From: Azolla caroliniana
Taxonomy: Eukaryota > Plantae > Polypodiophyta
DNA: 64,000 nt
NCBI GenBank assembly: GCA_043228905.1
Contig: JBHGNT010000020.1
Span: forward strand, 1-64,000
Direction: 5' to 3'
This document shows positions 22,311-35,031 of this stretch, in pieces; positions within the stretch are counted from its first letter, which is position 1; each line of letters starts with the position of its first letter. The translations under genes were made by a program, and so were the position numbers. The notes under the pieces are model-generated. The model saw nothing but the letters and a program-made list of their open reading frames with translations. It ran no database searches and had not been told where the DNA came from.

Positions 22311-25300
22311 TTGGACAACCCTAGATCTTTGCAACCCATTAGTGGTTCCATTCCCTCTAAGCAAGTTAGCAATGTGTTCGTAACCCAAGTAACAATTAGT
22401 ACTAAAAGTACCCCTCCAGTACATGTCTTCGCACTTCTAGATTCCGGAGCTAATTCTTGCTTCATGGATAGGAACTTTGCCCAAGCTCATCAGATATCAC
22501 TCATAAAACTCACGTGTCTAGCCTCTATAGTAGTCATTGATGGTCGTCCCATTGCTTCCAGAAATATCATAGAAGAGTTAGAGCCCGTTAATATTGTCCT
22601 AGATAATCTAGCATGTGTAGTATCATTTAATATAATTAGCATTCCAGAACACCCCATTGTTTTAGGATTACCATGGTTCGAATTACATAACCCAGACATA
22701 GATCGGAGAACAAGAGAAATCCGGTATCGAAAAGCCCGAGGGTGTACTCCTAAGATTGCAACCATTTCGCTACATCAGTTGCGGGAAGAAGGACGCAAGG
22801 AAGAAATGTTTCTCTTCGCAATATTAGTAAAGCCCTCAGACACCATTAAAGAGGAGTCCACCATTCAACTTCCAAAGAAGTATCATCATTATGCCGATGT
22901 GTTCGATAAAGTACAAGCCAATACGCTTCCACACCATCGACCGTATGATTGCCCCATCGATTTACAATTGGGGAAAGAGCCACCATGGGGACTGGTCTAC
23001 AATTTGTCACCAACCGAGCTAGAAGTCCCACGAGCCTATATAGAGGAGAATTTGGAAAATGGTTTCATTCGGCATTCGAAATCTCTAGCCGACACACCCA
23101 TTTTCTTCGTCAAGAAAAAGGATGGATCACTTCATCTCGTTGTAGATTACCGTGGCTTGAATAAGGTTACAATCAGAAATAGGTATGCACTTCCCCTTAT
23201 CTCAAGTCTTTTAGAACGGATGAATGGTGCCAAGTTCTTCACAAAGATCGACTTACGGGGAGCCTATAACCTCGTACCGATCCGACCAGGAGATGAATGG
23301 AAGACCATGTTTCGGACCAGATACAGACACTTCGAGTATACGGTCATGCCGTTCGGCCTCACTAATGCGCCAGTAGTCTTCCAACACAAGCAAATGATAT
23401 ATTCTGAGATCTCTTGGATGTTTGTTTGATCATCTATTTGGATGATCTATTGGTTTATTCGAAGACCCAAGAAGAGCATGATTCTCATGTAATGTTAGTA
23501 CTAAAATGACTTTGAGAACATGGTCTTTATGCAAAGCTGGAAAAATGTAGTTTTGGGTGCAACCAGGTGGAATTTCTGGGCTATGTCATTTCCTCGGAAG
23601 GCATCTCCATGGACCCATCTAAGGTCAAAATTGTGGTAGAGTGGCAGACTCCACATTCGGTGCGAGATGTGCAATGCTTTTTAGGCTTTGTCAAATTTTA
23701 CCGGAAGTTCATATAGGATTACTCAAAGCTCGTTCTGCCTCTCACACAACTTCCTAGGAAGGGACAATCGTTCGTTTGGTCTGAAGAAGCGGACATGGCT
23801 TTCGAGAGTCTTAAAAAGGCATTTACATCGGCTCCCATTCTAGCTCATGGTGATTCGGGAAAACCATTCATTATCGAAGTAGACGCATCAGATTTCGCAT
23901 TGGGGAGCATTCTGTCACAATGGGGTAATGATGAGAAGCTACATCCTGTGGCTTTTCATTCACGCAAGTTTGACGCCACCGAAATCAATTACGAAATTCA
24001 TGATAAGGAGCTATTGCCAATAGTGGACTCTTTTACGCAATGGAGGCATTTTCTAGAGGGATCCTCTCATCAAGTCACCGTATTCAGTGACCACAAAAAC
24101 CTTGCCTACTTTCAGGACGCTTGTGTGTTAAATCGATGTCAAGCTCGGTGGGCCTCGTCCAGGGGAGCACCAAGGGAAGGTAGATGCATTATCACGACAT
24201 TCGTACCTAGCACCGCGTCCCAACGAGCCAACTTTTGATAACCAAAAGCAAGTAATCTTGGGACCGACACGACTGCAAGCAACACAAGTCTTTGGCATGC
24301 CCATGGATTCCCACGTTATCGATACTATACGTGAGGAATTGAAGACCGATGCTTTCGCCCAAGCCATTCTAGCACAAATTGATCCCTCTCGGGCATCTTG
24401 TTCACAGTCGCAACCACCAGGTACGGACTATCGGCAATTCAAATACCATGATGGATTACTATTCTTTAATGAACTCTTGTATGTTCCTAATGGTTCTTGC
24501 CGCCTTCAAGTAGTCCAAAACTGTCATGACACATATACAGTTGGGCATTTTGGTAGTACTAAAACATTAGATTTAGTACAACGATAATTTTGGTGGCCCC
24601 GTATGCGACAATTTTTCGAAGATTTTGTTCGGACTTGTGATACATGTTGCAGAGTGAAAATGCCAAGGCATCATCCATATGGTTTATTAGAACCATTACC
24701 AATTCCAAGCAAGCCATGGCAATCCATTGCTCTAGACTTCATCACAGATCTTCCAATCTCTAAGGGGTTCAATGTGATTCTAATAGTCGTAGATCGATAT
24801 ACGAAGATGGCTCATTTCTTGCCATGTGCTAAGGAAATATCTAGTGAAGAAACTGCTGAAATTGTCATGCGTGAAGTATGTCGGCATCATGGCCTTCCCG
24901 ATAGTATCATCAGCAACCGTGGACCCTAGTTCGTATCAAAATTTTGGAAGCACCTTTCTAAAATGCTCAAGGTCACTTGTAACCTTCCTCCGGCTACCAC
25001 CCACAAACCGATGGCCAAGCAGAACGAACAAATCAAACGCTGGAGCAATATCTTCGGTGCTTTCTAAGCTATCATCAGGATGATTGGGCAGATATTCTCC
25101 CCTTCGCCGAATTTGCCTATAATAACTCTGTCCACGCATCGACTAAAGTTACACCATTTTATGCTTATATAGGTTGTCACCCTTGGTGGTGTGTATTTGA
25201 AACCCTAGAGTTGTCCACAAATCCTTGTGCAGAGGATCGTTTAGAGCGGTTACACAAGATACAAGCCGATTAATCTACTCATCTCCAACAAGCTCAACAA

Positions 25301-25831
25301 ACACACAAGGTTTATGCGGATCTTCATCAACTTCCATCCAGTTTTAACATTGGAGATCGGGTATGACTACTACGACGACACATCAAGACTACTTGCCCAT
25401 GCGAGAAGTTGGATTATCGGCGATTAGGTCCTTTCCGTATTATAGGAAAGATTAATGATGTCGTTTTTCGTCTCGATCTTCCTCCGCAACTTCGGATACA
25501 TCCGGTGTTTCATAGTTCTCTCCTCGAACCCTATCAAAAGAGCACCATCCGAGGACGTATTACACAACCTCCACCCCCGATCGAGCTTGAAGATAGACCT
25601 GAGTACGAGGTTGCCGCCATCCTTGAGTCCAAGATTGTTCGCAACAAGCTCTACTATCTAGTCGATTGTCTAGGATACAGTCCCAACGAGTGTACTTGGG
25701 AACCGATAGAGAATGTGACCAATGCTCTTTCCCTTCTTGAAGACTTCCATCGTCAATATCCAGACAAACGAGGTCCTCAATCCAAAATAACTTGTGACAC
25801 TTGTCGTTTTAAAGGGGGGATAATGTCTTGA
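22311..25831 (+). pseudogene. pol: pol of G4: PR-RT-RH-IN-chromodomain (disrupted)
   Basis: [23 protein letters not shown] ~23435, VDASDFALG, IALDFITDLP, GPF, YEVAAILESK..YYLV..TWEP. Confidence 0.95.
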
Positions 25832-26255
25832 TATGACAAGACTCGAACCCATGACCTTATGCTACATGGGTCAAGCTCTTGACCATTAGACCATACATTG
25901 TAATACGTAGAATATTATTTTCATTTATATTTTATTATAGAAAATTGATGTAAATTCCGGATTTCTCTGGAACATTCTAGAAACTTTAGGAATATTCCTG
26001 AGAACACTATAAAAGGAGGCACAAGGCATTATTTCGAACCAAATCGGTTCAATACCAGTCTTAAGCCTCCTAGCTACTATTGTATACTCTCTTCACATAA
26101 TATATATCATTTATCATCATTCTCTCTCACCCTTTCTCTCTCTCTCTCTCTCTCTTGCTCACTCTTTCCTTCTCTCGAGAGTTCTACATCTCTCTTAGTA
26201 CTAATCCTAATCTTTTAGTACTAATTCCTTCTCTGTCTTAGTACTAATCCTGACA

Positions 26256-29200
26256 GATATGCCCATAATGTGTTGTGCAATTTGGTATCCCAATCTGTTT
26301 TGTTGTCATTGACTATCTTTTTGAGGATAGTTTGCAATGTTTTGTTCGTGGATTCGGCCAAGCCATTTGCCAGTGGGTAGTATGACGTACTCTTTTTGTG
26401 AACCACGGCGTAGTGTTGGGTCATTTCGCTAATGACTGTATTCAGAAAGTGACTCCCTTGGTCACTAATGAGCTCAATAGGGCATCTAAAACGACACCAG
26501 ATATATTCATAAAGGAATTTCGCCGTGACTGCTGCGGTATTTTCGCGTAGTGGTTTCGCTTCTACCCACTTGGTGCAGTAATCCGTAGCCACTAGGATAT
26601 ACTTATTACCTGTTCGGGCAGCCGCCGGGGTAAAGGGTCCCACAAAATCCAGCCCCCACTTTTGGAAAGGATCCAACAGCAACATCGGTTGATGTGACAT
26701 TCTCGCGATTTCTGTGGGCTGGCCCATCCGTTGGCATAAATCGCACTGTTTGCAATATTCATACGCATCCTTTTGCATAATCTACCACCAAAGTCCTGCT
26801 TGCGAGATTTTCCGGGCCGTAACATCGCCCGCGTAATGTCCTCCCGCCGTACCACAGTGGGCTTCATGTAAAACCGTTGCCTTCTCATTCTGTTATATTC
26901 CGCGCCTCTAGATGCCGCCCCTGCCTTTGTGATATAGGACGTCTTCGACTAAATAGAAATTACGACTCCGGACGGCCAACCGTTTTTTCTCGTTCGTCCT
27001 TAATTGTGGTGGCGGTAACCCCGTGGTCAGAAAGTAGGTCATTTCCATCAACCACCGATTCGGAAAAGACTTTTATGTTCTCGTTGCTAAAGTTTTTATA
27101 CGTAGAATGTCTGCATCTGGAAAGTCATTGTCATCTTTTTGCGCCATTTCTCCATTATCTAATCTGCTCAAGAAATCCGCCATCGCATGTTGCGTACCCG
27201 GTTGGTGCTGAATTACAAAGTTGAATTCTTGGAGCAACAACATCCATCTAACCAATTTTCCCGTCAATGCCTGTTTCCCTACCAGATATAACATTGCCAT
27301 ATGATCCACATGAAATGTGAATTGTTGCCCTAGCAAATAATGCCGGAATTTATTGATGTTGTATATCATACCCAACACTTCACATTCTGTTGTGGAATAG
27401 TTATGCTCAGTCGTTGATAGTTTCCGACTGGTGTAGTACACTGGTCGGTACCAATTCGGCTCCGTGAGCTGCATCAACGCACTATCTATTGCTATATCCG
27501 AGGCATCCACAAACACGTGAAATGGTTTCACCCAAATTGGTGGTTGTACGACCAATGCCTGCGTTAACATTATTTTTAGCGTGTCATACACCTTTTCTTC
27601 CGTTGATGTCCATTTGAAAGGAGTACGGTGGATGGCGGCATGTTATGGTGTGGTGAAATCCGCCAAATAACATATCATCCGACTGTGCCATTATATTTGT
27701 CCCAGAAACCGGCTGAGTGCTTTGGCATTTGTCGGCGTCTTTGAGTGAGTAATCGTAGAGATTTTGTTTGGATCGACCGCTATCTCCTCCTTACTGACTA
27801 GGTGGCCGAGGAGGGCCCTGTTGGTGACACCAAAGGCACATTTGGCGGGATTCGGGCTTAAGCGTGCAGTTCGTCAACGCTCCAGGCAAAGCTGTAGATG
27901 CGTAAAATGTTCGACTGCTGTCCCATATACTGCAAAATCGTCTAAACAGACCTGCATGAAGGCAGGTATATATTCCCCAAAAATCTCCGTGATTGTCAGC
28001 TGAAATGTAGCCGGCGCCATCTTCAACCCGAACATCATGACGACCGCGACATAGACTCCCCAGTCCGTGACAAATGCCGTCTTCTTTTGGTCGTCGGGGT
28101 GCATGTGTACTTGATTGTACCCACTGAAGCCATCTAGAAAGCTGTACATGTCATGCCCTGTGACGACATCCAGTACGTTGTCGGTGAAAGGTAAAGGGAA
28201 TGCGTCTGTAATGGTTACGACGTTCAATTTCCGGTAGTCCACGCACACACGTATTTTGCCATTTTTCTTTGGTACGACCGTTATCGGGCTTAGCCATGTA
28301 GCTTGCTTGACTAGTTGAATGAATCCGGCCTTGAGAAGTTCATCAATTTCCTCTTTTACACAAGCCGCGTAATTTGGATTCATGCGGTATCGACATTGTT
28401 GGACTGGTTTTGCATCGATCGCTAAATTGATCTTATGTTGATAGAACTTTGGATCTAATCCCTTCATGTCCTCGTGGGACCAAGCGAACACATCTTTATA
28501 CTTCCTGAGCAATGCTATCATCGCCTCTCTCTAATCCGATAGTAACTCTTTTGCGATGGAGAGGAATCGGGGGTCTGATGTCGTACCTACGTTCACTTCT
28601 TCTAGGGTTGAGGCAGCGACTCTTCGTGAAATTTTCATTTCCCTCTCGAACGCCGCCCGTGCTCTGCTTAATTCTAATATCGACTCCGGGTCTGATTTGT
28701 AAGCCTCGTTGTGGAGCGCAGTAGGCGTGGCGTAATCCGCCACCGTTTCTATTACGTTGATTTCGAATAGCGGAATGATTCGGGGGTGCTCGTCGAGGTA
28801 TGCTTCTAATTCTGTGTCATCCACCCCATCCAACATATTTATATCTTCTGCGTATAATGGTGTTATCCCCTTGGGTTGTGCCGCCATTTCCTCTATGGGT
28901 ACGCGAACCTTGGTGCGTCCGCGTCGAAAACTAATGCACTTATGTTGCCAGCTTTGTTTGATATTCGTTGAACGAAGCCAAGGTCTACCAAGTAGCATCG
29001 GATATACTCCTGGGGCGTTGAGGGCAAGGACTATTGCCGAGATGTCGAAGCGATGTCTGCCGATGATGATGCCTAATTTTCGGATTAAGCCTAAAGGCCT
29101 TACTGAGCGGGTATTCGCCATGCGAAGCCAAAACGGGCAAGCTTCCCATTCTGAAATTCCCAATTGTTCGCATGTCTTCACGCTAATTACATTGATGCCA

Positions 29201-30860
29201 GAGCCTCCGTCGATTACGCATCCTATGATTTCCTGACCGTGTAATACCAACTTAATAGCCGGATTGTGGTGATCCACCATCGTTGGTTTGACGCTGGTGT
29301 CTGTAAAGTTGGCGGAGACGCTTACCCCAGGTCTGCCTGTTATGCGATCCTCTACGGCCTGGCGGAACCGTGGAACCAGTTGAAGTAGGTTCTCCATGAT
29401 CAATGTTATCTCGCAGCCTGCTAGTGCTTGCCATATGGGATCCAGAGATATTACGTCTTCCTCCAATGGCCCAACATTGTTTGCGGACTCTTGCCGCATG
29501 CGTTCCGTATTTGCCGCGTTCGCTTTTTCGACCCATGCTTGGGCCGTCTGACGTATCTCATCTTGCGTGGCCCAATCCACATTTTTCGTTTGCTGTCTTG
29601 TCGTAACTTGCTGAACTTCCGCCATAATCGTATTGACGGCGGGGCCCTTGCCTTTGCGGAGTGGACATTGAGTGGCATAATGTCCGAGCTGTTGGCAAAC
29701 GAAACAATGGATGTTGGATTCGCCTTTCTCGGCAGCTGGTGGCATGTTCCTATCCCCAGGTGTGACTTGCTCCTCCCGGTCTTGGTTCATTCTTCTAAAA
29801 GTCCGCGGTGGTTGTTGTTGGTCCCGGTGCGGCTCCTGGTGCCGGTCATCGTCCGAACTTTCGTCGTAACGCCGTTGGTCCCTATACTGTCACTGTTTCC
29901 CGCGAGGCCCATTGAAGCCACCACGTTTGTTCGTCGGACGGTAGTTTTCGTAACGTCATCCTCCTTTATTATATTTGTGGTTGCCCTGGTAGTCTTCGTT
30001 CTCCGGTTCTTCTTCCTCAAAATCGTTGTTATTTCGACGATTCTGGTAGTGCCGGTCATCGCGTGGATTCCGATCCGTATACCGGGGTCGTTCTTCCTGA
30101 CGCCTTTGATCATTATGGCGAGGTGGTCGTTGTGTTTCTACGCTTCGTACTGTGGGCATGGGTCTGTTCAACATATTGTACTCACACTGCTCGACTATGT
30201 GTGCTTTCGAGTGACAAATTGGGCAGTGGATTCGCATGTTGCATTCCACTGCGGAATGTCCAAAATTGAGGCAAATCGTGCATTGCATTGCCTAGCGAAA
30301 ATGTGGTTCCTCGTCCCGAGGTAACGCTTGTCGTAATGAGGACATAGAAAACCTTTCCTCTTCTTCATCCAGTTCGAGCTGTAACGCTCGTTCTATGACC
30401 ATATCAGCTGTTTCTCCTTTCATGCTATTGTTGTTGAGCGTCGTCCGTATCGGTCGCCGTAAGGCTGCCAGAAATGTCTCTCGAGCCTCGTCCTCTGTCG
30501 GCCCTTGTTCTAATTTCCGCCAGAGATTTTGGAAGCGTAAACTGAAGTCCACAACAGTCTCAGCTAGCAACTGTTTGATTGTATAGAACTGCCCGAGGAT
30601 TTCACGTTGCGGCACCCTCCGATGAAAGAACCGCAGAAAGGCTGATTGCAACTAGTCGAAGGTTGTGATTGTTGGCAAATCCATCTGCGAATGCCAAAAC
30701 GTAGCTCTACCATCTAGCGTTAATCCAAACTTTGTCATTTTGGACTGGTGTGCTACCTCTTCTGGAAGTCTCAGGAACATTCCAGACATTCAGGAACAGG
30801 CGAATGTGGGTTGCGGCGTCTGTTTTGCCGTTGAAGCGGGGATAGGAGAAGGCCATGCTG
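26256..30860 (-). pseudogene. pol: gag-pol of G2 (gag, PR, RT, RH, IN; disrupted)
   Basis: VIDGGSGINV, RVCVDYRKLN, FLDGFSGYNQ, CLDDF, FVDASD, WGLDFVGP, LISDQGSHF, ANGLAES. Confidence 0.95.
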
Positions 30861-31126
30861 GACGCTATGGCGGGCAGGGGAGGACCACCATACTTGTGTG
30901 GTGACGGAACTTCCTGCGTGTCACCAGGGTATTTGGTGAGCGGGAAGGCGATTTTGTGGTCCCGGCAGATATCATCGAGGTAACTGAGGCGAGGTTTTTG
31001 CCTTGCGCATTCCTTTGCCTAGCGTGTGATGGACCTTGTGACTGGTAAGTCATGTCGTGTTGGTTCTCTGGAACGTCTACGGCTAAACATCCATTTGTCA
31101 TTGTTCGTCTGCGAGAAGACACAGAT

Positions 31127-31140
31127 CACCAAGCGTGCCA
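31127..31140 (-). promoter_or_regulatory. PBS of G2, tRNA-Arg(UCU)-like
   Basis: TGGCACGCTTGGTG 4 nt inside the LTR; identical in G3 (46869-46882). Confidence 0.8.
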
Positions 31141-31144
31141 AACG

Positions 31145-31614
31145 TGTTACCGATTAGGAACACTATCTACGGTTGGCTCCTTCGACCTAGACCTCAAGGT
31201 GATTGCGTTGCCCGGAATGGTACCATCGTACCGTAATACGTAATGGGATGCTTCCCTGTATCCTAGTAGCGTATAAGGGAGACGGCTACAACCAAACTCC
31301 TTAGGAACTACACTTAGTATCCGCACTTACGCCTACACTTTTACGATCACAATCCACCATAGAGAACAAATAACACAGTAAATAAAAAACCACAAATATG
31401 CATAGAATTTAGAGAAGATAGTATTCTATTAGAATCACGCTCTATGCATCAGAATTACACGCTACCTCTTACAGAGGATTTCTGCCCTTTATATACACAT
31501 GGTCTTTTAGCTGTTCACACTTCCCGCGTGAACCGTTACATGCGTTTCTTACGCTCTTACTATATTCTATATTTTTGCGCTTCTGTCCATCAGTTACTAT
31601 TCCAGCGAACAACA
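31145..31614 (-). repeat. 5' LTR of G2
   Basis: direct repeat of 7364-7830, adjacent to PBS and gag. Confidence 0.93.
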
Positions 31615-31619
31615 AGTGC

Positions 31620-33795
31620 ATATTTCTCGGTTATGGAACCGATGGGGACTTTGGCTACTAGCTATGGGACCCTGAGAACCGGAAATTGATCCGGAGCAGC
31701 GATGTAGTCTTCAATGAAGACTCTATCTTCTCTCAACGAAACCAATAGAAAACAGTGGGCAAGAAGCTATCCTTCGAAGATGACAACATCATCGTAGAAA
31801 AATCGACCCACCGGGCCGAATCAGAGAGTCAACAGACAGTTGAACTCCAACCAGCCAACAACGTCCCAGCCGACACCGAATCGGCAATAAGTCCCAACGT
31901 CGAACTCAAAGACAAAGTCATCACAAACAGAGCCGAATCGACGAAGATCGATCAAGGCAGAGTCAACAAGGGACAAGTTTGAAAAGAGTCGACAACAATT
32001 GCAGGGGAGAACAACTAGACACCGCCGAAATCCCAAACCGGGGGCGGAATACTGAACAAGACTCCTGACTCAACTGGTTCAACAAATGCTGATTGTAAAA
32101 AAGAACCGATCGAAGAATCCAAACCAGATATTACGGCACCCAGGAGATCTGGACGAGCTCGAAGGCAAACAAAGTTTTATCAACCGGGCCTCAACTACGT
32201 CAACTACATGGATGCAGGCGAACCAAGCACGTATGATGAAGCTATGGCCGCATCGGACGCCGAAACGTGGCTGCAAGCCATGAAATCCGAAATGGACTCG
32301 ATTCATCAGAATCAGACATGAGAGCTGGTTGAACTACCAGTAGGAAGAAAGCCGCTACCTTGAAAATGGGTGTTCCGATACAAGTATGTATCCGACTCAG
32401 AGAAACCCAAGTACAAAGCTTGGCTTGTCATGAAAGGATTCAAACAGGAATATGGGGTTGACTACAACGAGATATTCTCACCAATAGTCAAGATGACCAC
32501 CCTCTGACTCCTACTAGGAGTCGTGGTGACAGAAGATCTAGAGCTCGAGCAGATGGACGTAAAGACGACATTCCTACATGGAGACCTGGAAGAAGACACA
32601 TACATGTCTCAACCGGCAGGCTTCACGACGACGGGGGAGGACAGTCACCTCGTATGTAGACTAAAGAAAAGTCTATATGGCCTCAAACAAGTGCCGAGAA
32701 TGTGGTACCAGAAGTTCGACTCCCACGTAAGGCTTCTTGGATACAACAGATCAGAGTCCGACCCATGCATGTATGTTCGGCAACTGGCCGATGAGTCCAG
32801 GATCTATCTGATCCTTTATGTCGACGACATGTTGATTGCAGGGAGAAATCAAGCAGAGATCGGAAAGCTCAAGCGGAGCCTTCACGCAAAGTTCGCGATG
32901 AAGGAACTCGGACAAGCCCGACATACATACTGGGCATGATGATAGAGCGAAATTGGACGACCAAAACTCTCCGACTCTCCTAGTCCGAATACATCAGCAA
33001 GGTGCTGAAGCGCTTCAACATGGAGAATGCGAAGCCAGCACCAACACCGCTTTTGACGTTGATCAGAATATTGGATAGAGACTCTCCTACAAACGACAAG
33101 GAGAGAGAGCTTAATGGAAATATACCCTACGCTACGCATCGGCAGTAGGAAGTATCATGTATGTAATGGTGGCGACCCAACCCGACCTAGCCTATGCCGT
33201 AGGGGTGGTCAGCCGGTACATGTCAAACCCAAGAAAGAAGCATTGGGAGGCCATCAAGCACATCCTTAGGTATCTAAAAGGAACCATGGATGCACAACTG
33301 ACATTCTGTTCGACAACATCAATCGAAGTCGAAGGCTACACCGATTTCGACTACATTGGAAACACAGATAATCGGAAATCGACATTAGGCTACATCTTCA
33401 CCTATAGTGGCGGTGGAATATCATGGAGGTCGAAACTTCAGGAGTGCACGGCTCTGTCTACCACAAAAGCTGAGTGCATAGCAGCGTCGGAAGTAGCGTT
33501 GGAAGCGATCTGGCTGCACCGACTGTTTGCCGATTTCGGAACTGCAAACCAAATAGACCGACCATCGCCAACCATCTATTGCGACTCACAGAGCGCAATA
33601 CACCTCATCAACAATCCCATCTACCATGCAAAGACGAAGCACATTGAGGTGCGATATCATCATATCCGGGAGCTCGTGACCGAGAAGAAACTTGAAATCC
33701 GGAAGATCGACACCGAGGTGAACATCGCCGATTGCCTGACGAAGCCACTCCTAGATCAGCGCTTCGGAACACTAAGGATGAAGATGGGGCTATGA
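31620..33795 (+). pseudogene. C2 integrase C-terminus, RT and RNase H (disrupted)
   Basis: QMDVKTTFLHG, LYGLKQ, LYVDDML, TKHIEVRYH, ADCLTKPL. Confidence 0.92.
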
Positions 33796-34028
33796 CAAGT
33801 GACCGAGCAGAAGAAAGCCGAATGAGGAGTAAAAGGTAAGAGTTGATTGACGAGCGACCGAGCAGAAGAAAGCTGAACGAGGAATAGAAGGTAAGAGCTG
33901 ACCGACTCGGCTACTTGCCGACAGACTTGTAACATAAGATCTATTTAAATTTGTAATCTAGGTTTATGGGGGAAATTACCCCAAGAACTTATACATGCAA
34001 GAAAGAGTAGTCCTTTTACGGGGGAGTT

Positions 34029-34326
34029 TGTTGGCATAAAAGGCCAACTCCTTCCAAGTTGTATCCGTTTGAGTGTACTCGTTAATAAGTTAGGGCTTAG
34101 TATATAAGTGAATACCTAACATTGTAATGAGAGACGATGACGAGCAGATGATTGTAATCTCTGAGAGAGAGAAACACGTTGTGTAGAAATAAGAAGCTTT
34201 CCATTAAAGCTTGCAACTGTGTAAGTCTATATCTGCCTTCTCTATCTTTTATGTGTATGTTGTTTGTTGTTCATAGCCATAAGATCCGAACACACACTTC
34301 CGCATAACTGTCAAAATTAACCAACA
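34029..34326 (+). repeat. 3' LTR of C2
   Basis: TGTTGG...CCAACA after PPT; last ~104 bp match 5073-5176. Confidence 0.9.
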
Positions 34327-34830
34327 TCTTGTTTGTTGTGATTGATTAATTAACCAATTCATTATTGTTTGATTTGTGTGGTTTACCTGCATCATCATTG
34401 CTGACATAGCTTGAAGCGTTTGCTCGGTTGCATTGCTCGGAGAGCTCTGTTCCACGAACTTTGGTTGCATACTCATTGTGTTGTTGAAATTTGATGTTTG
34501 CATCTTTGTGTAGCTGATGCTCACTTGAATTCATGTCTTCTCGGTTGGTTGTGGGCTTAGCGGCTGCTTCTCTGTGATGGTCAGTGGGTGTGCGACGATA
34601 GTTGATCTAAAAATGCCCGTTATTTCCACCAATGTAATGTGCACAATTCAAGTTTCCTGCCCCCCCCCCCCCCCCCATCTCATCTCTTGGTAGGCACCTC
34701 TATTTATAAGGTTTCCCATTGTTTCTTGGATCTACCCCTAGTTAGTTACAAGGTTTGTTGGTTCCTCTTGGGACCAAACTATCTAGTTTGGTCCCCACAC
34801 ATGACATTATTCTCACATTTTAGGAAAATC
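34327..34830 (-). mobile_element. remnant of the LTR element that hosts C2 (LTR edge at 34633, tRNA-Ala-like PBS, Q/M-rich ORF start)
   Basis: TGGTGGAAATAACGGG at 34616-34631 beside a ..TACA end; ORF from 34524 cut by C2. Confidence 0.45.
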
Positions 34831-35031
34831 TTTTAAATTTTAAAAAGTTTAAAAATTTTGAATTTTGACCTAAATTGAAAATCAAAACCAAACCACGAAA
34901 CTGTAGTTTTAACGGTTTCGAGGTTTGGTTCAGGTTTCAAAAATTTTAAACGGTTTGGTTTTGACCCTCTCAAACCGAACCGACTCGTTGCCGATTGTTA
35001 TGAATAAAACTAATGTAGAGCAAAGGAGAAC

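Larger units (their letters stand above)
20635..26255 (+). mobile_element. Ty3/gypsy chromovirus G4 (Tcn1/Tf1-sushi-like), complete structure, inserted in G2 integrase
   Basis: LTRs 20635-21053 and 25824-26255; TSD GATAT; PPT AAAGGGGGGA 25811-25820; self-complementary PBS; chromodomain. Confidence 0.93.
7364..31614 (-). mobile_element. Ty3/gypsy non-chromovirus (Athila/Phygy/Selgy-like, no extra RNase H seen) element G2, full length with nested insertions
   Basis: LTRs 7364-7830 and 31145-31614; TSD AGTGC at 7359-7363 and 31615-31619; gag-PR-RT-RH-IN order; extra 3' ORF. Confidence 0.93.
5073..34326 (+). mobile_element. Ty1/copia C2, split by the ~24 kb G2 nest; 5' LTR split by C1
   Basis: LTR remnant 5073-5176 matches the end of 3' LTR 34029-34326; PBS TGGTATCAGAG 5179-5189; PPT GGGGGAG 34020-34026; integrase KC|IFLGYG is continuous across 7363/31620. 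Confidence 0.92.
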
